A DNA stretch of 64,000 nucleotides from Myxococcota bacterium (GTDB lineage Bacteria; Myxococcota_A; Polyangia; Nannocystales; Nannocystaceae): the NCBI GenBank assembly GCA_039194325.1, contig JBCCWC010000002.1, positions 128,001 through 192,000 on the forward strand, given 5' to 3'. Shown here piece after piece: positions 58,411 through 64,000 of this stretch. Both the position numbers and the translations under genes were made by a program. Within the stretch, counting starts at the first letter, position 1, and each line of letters begins with the position of its first letter. The notes beneath the pieces are model-generated. The model made no database searches. It saw nothing but the letters and a program-made list of their open reading frames with translations, and was not told the DNA's origin.

Positions 58411-61086
58411 TCAAGACCGCCGGCGAGGCCGATCGTTGTGCTGGTGGTTTCGCAGGTGGGCGTGCGGCCGAGTCACCCGCCGCTTGCGCTCCACCGCCCG
58501 ATATCGGTTGGTGGATGGTCGCGGGGAGACGTTGTGGGCCTGGCGTACCGCGATCGCCCGCTCGTGGGGCAGGGGCCCGTCGACCAGGTCGATCGGCTCG
58601 CGCTGCTGCTCGGCCAGGCGCTCGCCCACCCGCTCCCAGGTGGTGTGGCTCATCCCCAGCATCACCGCCACCACCAGCCCCAGCAGGGTGCCCAGCCCGG
58701 CTCGGGTGAGCAGCACGTTGCGATCGGACAGCGGCTCCAGGGTGGGGGGCTGCACCAGCTCGAAGCGGGCTTCCACCTGACGCCGCTCCAGCGCCAGCTG
58801 CAGCTCGCTGCTTCCCAGGCGGATCTGCAGCTCGTTGTGCTGGGTCTGCAGGGCTTCGTAGCGGCGATCGAGCGCGGCCTGCTCTGCCTCGCGGGCGGGC
58901 AGATCCCCCAAGACCTCCTCGAGCTGCGCGATCTCGGCCTCGGTGCGGGCCAGGTCGCCGCGGGCGACTTTTTGCAGGCTGCGGGCTTCGTTCAGCGAGA
59001 GCTTGGCTCGGGAGTAGGCCGGGTTGCTCCGCACTTCGATCCGATCTCCACCCTTGTCGAGCAGCTCCTGGTGGCGATCTTCGAGCGCCGACAGGCGGGC
59101 CTGCAGACCCTTGATGTTGGGGTGCTCAGCGCCCTGGCCGCTGGCCCGGGCCTCGATCAGCTCCTTCTCGGTGGCGACGATCTCGTCCGAGAAGGGCCGC
59201 GCGTCCTCGATTCGCTGCTCGATGAGCTTGTCCTCGCTGCCCAGGCGCTGGCGGGCGATGTCCACGCTGGCCTTCATGCGATCGGCCAGCGCGGCCGCCT
59301 CGCGGCGATCGTCGCGTAGCTCGAGCATCCGTCGTCGGAGCGCCAGGGTGTGCTCGGGCTGGGCCTCGCCCGCCTCCATCTTGAACGCGACCCGGGTGGT
59401 CTCCACCGAGCTCAGCTCTTCGTCGACGTCCTCGAGCTCCTTGCGCAGCGTGTCGACCTCGGCGGTCAGCACCTTGATCGCCTTGTCGACCTCGGTCTCC
59501 AGGAACAGATCGAGGTGGACCTTGAGGAACGCGATCGCGTCTTCTCCTTCGGGGGCCTCGTAGCTGCCGTGGTATATGTACTGAGACGCCCGCTCGAAGG
59601 CGAGCAGCTGCTGGGTGTCGTTGATGGTCGTCGCGTCGGGCTCGGGCTCGCCTAGCTCTTCGAGGGTGCGCTCGATGAGCTCCGGCCCCAAGAAGTTGTC
59701 CTGGGCCGATCGGAAGAAGGTGAGGTTGCGACGAACCGCCGGGTCGACCGGGTTGTCGCTGGGGTCTTGCACCAGGCTCAGCTCGAAGCGAGCGATCATC
59801 GGCGGGGGAATGAACTGCGGGCTGAGCAGCCCCACGACCAGCCCGAGCACCGGCAGCGCGAGCAGCAGGGGCCGATAGCGGCGCCAAAAAGCCACCATCT
59901 GGGCCAGGCGATCGATCACGTCCGGCTCGGGGAGGCCCACCGTGGCCACCGGTCCGGTCCCGGTGCTTCGGACGATCTGGGCCGACGTCGGCGGCACGGG
60001 GAGCTCGGACGCCAGCGGTGGGGGCCGCATTAGGCCCGACTGTGCGGGGGAGGCTGTCTCCACCAGCACGCTAGGCTCGGCCATGGTCGAAAGCAGCGCG
60101 CCCGAGTCTTTCGGCGTCCGGATCGCCACCGAAGGTTGAACCACCGGTGGGTTGCGCAGCGAGGTCAACCCTCGGGTGTAGCGTAGCTCGGTGTCACCGA
60201 GGGTGATGACGTCACCGGTCTCGAGCACCACCTGCTCGATCGGCGTGCCGTTGTGGAGCGTCCCGCTGCGAGCGTCGAGATCGATCACGCGGTGGCGACC
60301 GTCTTTTGTGGGCTCGATGCGAACGTGGAAGAGCGCCACGCCGTCGCCCTCGGTGACGATGTCGGCCGCCTTGGAGCGGCCCACCAGGATGTTGAGGTCG
60401 CCTAGCGGGAAGCTGCGCTCTTCGCCGTTGGCGGTCGTCAGCACCAGGCACGGAGTGCCGGACTCGTGCAAGCTGATGGGATCGGTCGTCTCCTCGACGA
60501 TGGCCCGGGGGGCGCCGTCGACCGGTCGAGCGTCGTCGGGCTCGTGGTCGGCAACGATGATGGTGGGCTTGGGTGGCTCGTCGTGGGGTTGGGGAGTAAC
60601 GGTGGAGTCGGGCGTAGGCTTGGGGAGCTCGTCGTGGGGCTGGGGAGTAGCGGTGGAGTCGGGCGTAGGCTCGGGGAGTTCGTTGTGGGGTTGGGCGGTG
60701 ACGGTGGAGTCGGGCGTAGGTTCGGGGGGCTGGGGAGTGACGGCGCGGTCGATTTTAGGGGTTTGGACCGGGTGGCTCGCAGTGTCGGGTCGAGCGCGAG
60801 TTCGTTCGTTGGGCCGACGGCGCCCGTGATCCTCGGCCCAGTCGGGAGTCGCGTAGTAGTGGTCGTCGACCGGATCGGGGGTGGCGTAGTAGTGATCGTC
60901 GTGGTCTCGACGACGAGGCGCCTGGGCGCTGTCATCGGGGCGCGGCTCGGATCCGACCTCGACGTCGTGCTCGTCCATCGGGTCCGGCTCTTGAGCCGGA
61001 ATTTCTTCGGTTCCGTGCCGTGTATTCTGAGGCCGACGATCGCCTCCCTCGCCGTCGATCACCTCAAGCTCAACTGCACCCACCAC
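58411..61086 (-). CDS. FHA domain plus polysaccharide co-polymerase (Wzz/GumC-like) protein
   Basis: FHA (VGRS..VALFH..SGT..NG..GDVITLG), two TMs flanking long coiled coil with EHPNIKGL, FELVQPP; start uncertain. Confidence 0.82.
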   Translation of the reverse strand: MVGAVELEVIDGEGGDRRPQNTRHGTEEIPAQEPDPMDEHDVEVGSEPRPDDSAQAPRRRDHDDHYYATPDPVDDHYYATPDWAEDHGRRRPNERTRARPDTASHPVQTPKIDRAVTPQPPEPTPDSTVTAQPHNELPEPTPDSTATPQPHDELPKPTPDSTVTPQPHDEPPKPTIIVADHEPDDARPVDGAPRAIVEETTDPISLHESGTPCLVLTTANGEERSFPLGDLNILVGRSKAADIVTEGDGVALFHVRIEPTKDGRHRVIDLDARSGTLHNGTPIEQVVLETGDVITLGDTELRYTRGLTSLRNPPVVQPSVAIRTPKDSGALLSTMAEPSVLVETASPAQSGLMRPPPLASELPVPPTSAQIVRSTGTGPVATVGLPEPDVIDRLAQMVAFWRRYRPLLLALPVLGLVVGLLSPQFIPPPMIARFELSLVQDPSDNPVDPAVRRNLTFFRSAQDNFLGPELIERTLEELGEPEPDATTINDTQQLLAFERASQYIYHGSYEAPEGEDAIAFLKVHLDLFLETEVDKAIKVLTAEVDTLRKELEDVDEELSSVETTRVAFKMEAGEAQPEHTLALRRRMLELRDDRREAAALADRMKASVDIARQRLGSEDKLIEQRIEDARPFSDEIVATEKELIEARASGQGAEHPNIKGLQARLSALEDRHQELLDKGGDRIEVRSNPAYSRAKLSLNEARSLQKVARGDLARTEAEIAQLEEVLGDLPAREAEQAALDRRYEALQTQHNELQIRLGSSELQLALERRQVEARFELVQPPTLEPLSDRNVLLTRAGLGTLLGLVVAVMLGMSHTTWERVGERLAEQQREPIDLVDGPLPHERAIAVRQAHNVSPRPSTNRYRAVERKRRVTRPHAHLRNHQHNDRPRRRS
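60560..60745 (-). repeat. Intragenic ~51-bp repeats encoding PTPDST[VA]T[PA]QPH[DN]E[LP]P
   Basis: Three full copies plus a partial one; also DDHYYATPD x2 near 60840-60900. Confidence 0.85.
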
Positions 61087-61260
61087 TAGAGTAATGGCCG
61101 GACCTTAGGGATCTCTTCGATGAAATCTTTGTAAGGTTCGTTGCTTTGGGCCCGGTTTTTTCATGATCCTTGCACTAAACACCGCCAACGAACCTCTTGG
61201 TTGCCTTTGGGGCGGTCGATCGATCGCATGAGTACCGAGTGCCGTCGACCGACTTGGGAC

Positions 61261-61300
61261 AGATCGGCGGGAGATCGGCGGGAGATCGGCAGGAGATCGG
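61261..61300. repeat. 11-bp tandem repeat (AGATCGGCGGG) x3-4
   Basis: Read directly. Confidence 0.75.
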
Positions 61301-61666
61301 CTGCTCGGATGTCCGGGTTGGCCCACCCGAGCCTCGGAGCCCGAGTGTCGTTCGGTCTGGCCGTCCAGATCTCCCTCGGATCTCACTGGGCCTCCCCGGA
61401 TTTCCGCAGTGGAGCGTGCGTTCTCAATCTGAACGTATTGCCGCGTGCCAGTGGTCAGGGGGACGGAGCACCCATGACCAGGGATGCAACTGGGGGCCGC
61501 ATGCATCGATGGCGGGCACGGGGCCGAGCGGGCGTGGAGGAGAGTCGGTCATCGAGCGGGTCCGATGATCGACCGGCGATCGTTGAGTCGTGATGGTGCG
61601 TCGTGATGGTGTGTCGTGGGGCGCTCGATCGAGCGGATGGATCTTCGGCGGGTGGATCTTCCGCTC

Positions 61667-61712
61667 GGGGATCGTCAGCCCGGGGATCGTCAGCCCGGAG
61701 ATCGTCAGCCCG
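61667..61712. repeat. 15-bp tandem repeat (GG[G/A]GATCGTCAGCCC) x3
   Basis: Read directly. Confidence 0.8.
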
Positions 61713-61957
61713 ACCGATCGCGGTCGCGGATTTTGGCCCACGATCAAGACGCTATACCGTCCGTTATTGGCACTGACATTGGCATTGCTTTGGTGATTGC
61801 ACCGATAGTTCGCCATTGCCATCACGCGCTGAATAGTTTGTGACTAAGAATGCCAAATCGTCACGAATTCGACGTCGATGAGACCCGATTCGCGTTGACC
61901 TAGTGCCATTGTTCGCGCGAAATTGATCGTGTCCCAACCGGTGAGCATCGAATCGAT

Positions 61958-62410
61958 ATGAAAATCAACAAGTGGTCATTGACTCTCGCGGCCTGTCTCG
62001 GTTCGACGGTATTTGCCAGTACCGTCGACGCAGCTCTTTACGTCGAGTACTACCGCGACAACCTGTTCTTGGGCCTGGCCTACCACCGCGTGGGCTGCCT
62101 GACCGACTGGAACACCATCCAGTCCAATCAGGACTACGACGGCTTCACCAACAAGCGCTACTGCTTTAGCGGCAGCAATGCGGCTTCGGTACCGAGCGGC
62201 AGCTGGTACGACTGGAACTTCGCGACCGGCAGCGCGCAGCTCGATGCATGTGGCCTTCAGGCCAACAACGAGTACGGCACGCCCAACTACGCGTCGAGCT
62301 CCAACACCTGCAACTACAACATCTTCTTCGATTGCAACAGCGATTGCTGGATCCGCGAGTTCTCCAACTGCCAGGGCAAGAGGGTCGGCACCATCAGCCC
62401 GTGCTGGTAG
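61958..62410 (+). CDS. Secreted Cys/Asn/Tyr-rich small protein
   Basis: Sec signal ending VDA-A; 8 Cys in ~125 aa mature part; strong codon bias. Confidence 0.85.
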   Translation: MKINKWSLTLAACLGSTVFASTVDAALYVEYYRDNLFLGLAYHRVGCLTDWNTIQSNQDYDGFTNKRYCFSGSNAASVPSGSWYDWNFATGSAQLDACGLQANNEYGTPNYASSSNTCNYNIFFDCNSDCWIREFSNCQGKRVGTISPCW

Positions 62411-62423
62411 TCGTGGGTTGCTC

Positions 62424-63239
62424 GTGAGCACCCGAGGCTACCTACTGCTGGCCCTGGTCCTCGGGGCTGGGGCTGTGCTCGTGTGGCTGGGCCTGCGCTC
62501 GCCCGAGTCGTCGCCGCCCGCGTCGGTCGCTCCTTCGGCGCCAAGTGCGCGTCAGGAGCTGAACCGTCCACCCGAGCCGAACGCGCCCGTGCGCCCCAGC
62601 ACCCCGCCGGTGCCGGGCCGTGACGAGCCGCCGCCGATCGACGAACCCAGCCCGCCGCCCAACGGCGTGGCGCTGCGCCTGGCCGCGTATCAGCAGGCGG
62701 TGGAACGGCAAGATCCCCGCCCGGGCGAGCAGGCCTTCCGTGCCATGGTCTCCGCCTTCATGGAGTACAACCATCGCTTTGCCGTGGCGCAGGCCGAGGC
62801 CGAGGGGATCGGCTTGGACGAGGTCGAGGAGCTGACCTACTTCGGCCTGATGGCGCAGGAGTCCCAGCGCTGGGGTGAGGTCGAGCAGCTGCTCGACGGT
62901 CCCGTCGACCCCGAGACGCGCGCCCAGGCCGCCACGTTGCTCGACGAGCTGAACACCGAGTTCAAGCAGAGCATGCGCGACCTGGTCAAGGAGGGCGTGT
63001 CGGTGGAGGATCGCTGGGCGCTGATCCGTAGCGTCCAGGAGGATTACCGCCAGCGCTACTTCGATCTGACCGGCATGGACGAGGACCAGCTCGACGATCT
63101 GCTCGCCGGCGATGCCAGTCGCGACTACGCGCCGGGCTCGACCCCGCCTCCCGAGGACATCGAGCCGCGGCAGGACGGTCCCGTGCCGATCGAGCCGCGC
63201 CAAGGCGAGCCCGTGCCCGAGCCCGAGTCGCCGCGGTGA
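62424..63239 (+). CDS. Membrane-anchored protein with Pro-rich linker and acidic helical domain
   Basis: GTG 13 bp after previous stop; N-terminal TM. Confidence 0.75.
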   Translation: MSTRGYLLLALVLGAGAVLVWLGLRSPESSPPASVAPSAPSARQELNRPPEPNAPVRPSTPPVPGRDEPPPIDEPSPPPNGVALRLAAYQQAVERQDPRPGEQAFRAMVSAFMEYNHRFAVAQAEAEGIGLDEVEELTYFGLMAQESQRWGEVEQLLDGPVDPETRAQAATLLDELNTEFKQSMRDLVKEGVSVEDRWALIRSVQEDYRQRYFDLTGMDEDQLDDLLAGDASRDYAPGSTPPPEDIEPRQDGPVPIEPRQGEPVPEPESPR

Positions 63240-63919
63240 GCCGCGACGGGTCGAATGCGTCGCGCCACGCGGCCCTCATGCTCGGGGCCACCGCTTTGGG
63301 GGTGGGACTCGGTGATCTACGCCTGTTGGCGGGGCTCGGGATCCTCTCGTTGTTCGGGTGGGTGTGGCAGCACCCGGCCGCGATTGGTTCCGCCGCCCAG
63401 CTGCGGGGCGCCAACGCCATCACGGCACTCCGGATCGGGCTGAGCGCCGCGCTGGCCTGGCTCGGAGCCCGCGGTCTCGTGCCGTGGGGGGGCGTGCTGG
63501 TGCTCGCCGTGTTCGCGCTCGACGGGCTCGACGGCTGGTGGGCGCGGCGCACCCGAACGGCCACGCCCTTTGGGGCGGCGTTCGACCAGGAGGCCGACGC
63601 GTTCCTGGTCACGATGACCAGTGCCGCGCTGGTGCAGGCCGAGCTCGCGCCCTCGTGGGTGCTGCTCACCGGAGCGCTGCGCTACGGCTACGTGCTGGTC
63701 GTCCATGGCCTGCGGCTGCGCGGCGAGGCCCCGCGTAGCACGATCGCCCGCTATGTCTTTGCCGTGCTCGTGCTGTGTATGTCTGCCGCCATGCTGTGGC
63801 CGAGCCCGATCACCCGCGGGGCGCTCCGGCTCGCGTCGGCGTTGTTGGTCTGGTCGTTCGGTCGCTCACTGTGGTGGTCGTGGCGGGGGCCAGCGGGCCG
63901 TGATCGCGAGCAGCCGTGA
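63236..63919 (+). CDS. CDP-alcohol phosphatidyltransferase family protein
   Basis: ANAITALR, DGLDGWWARR...TPFGAAFDQEAD signature. Confidence 0.93.
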   Translation: MSRDGSNASRHAALMLGATALGVGLGDLRLLAGLGILSLFGWVWQHPAAIGSAAQLRGANAITALRIGLSAALAWLGARGLVPWGGVLVLAVFALDGLDGWWARRTRTATPFGAAFDQEADAFLVTMTSAALVQAELAPSWVLLTGALRYGYVLVVHGLRLRGEAPRSTIARYVFAVLVLCMSAAMLWPSPITRGALRLASALLVWSFGRSLWWSWRGPAGRDREQP

Positions 63920-64000
63920 GGCGACCTCGGCCCAGGGACGATGCGGTCGGTGCCTCCAGGCTCGCTGCTGTCGGGCGCGTAGCTCGGTGCGATCGCGGCC

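Noticed and set aside
61767..61785. Sigma54 promoter TGGCACTGACATTGG
   Set aside because: The -12 element reads GG rather than GC at the required spacing

Overview
High-GC (~70%) bacterial chromosome segment with myxobacterial hallmarks (Nannocystaceae-like by inference): many acidic-linker lipoproteins, Myxococcus Cys-rich repeats, a MYXO-CTERM protease, an FHA-sigma54 activator and a DUF1592/DUF1552 pair. Housekeeping genes (clpS-clpA, class II DAHP synthase, GST, acyl-CoA dehydrogenase) are mixed with envelope genes (GT2, three GT-C-like membrane proteins, UbiA, FHA-Wzz) and small lower-GC insertions (DUF433 antitoxin with a decayed toxin, DUF2335-like islet, a 46-49.6 kb islet with an IS1380 remnant, an orphan ABC/AAA ATPase). 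The best candidate for an undescribed system is a putative peptide/lipoprotein-modification pathway: a radical SAM-SPASM gene coupled to a B12-type radical SAM fused to a PIMT-like methyltransferase (26.7-30.1 kb, both ending LPVIS), a lipoprotein with five P-x-[PA]-C-L-x-V-A repeats (6.0-6.5 kb), and a decayed second copy of that lipoprotein's leader (35.3 kb). The link between enzymes and substrate is inference. Also notable: a structured terminator-ended sRNA candidate with G-rich loops (31.55-31.8 kb), a degenerate ECF sigma factor fused to a Ser/Thr kinase, tandem Tle1-like hydrolases and a fragmented non-QueD PTPS/lipid cluster. No rRNA, tRNA or CRISPR array seen. All family calls come from motif recognition by eye, not database searches.
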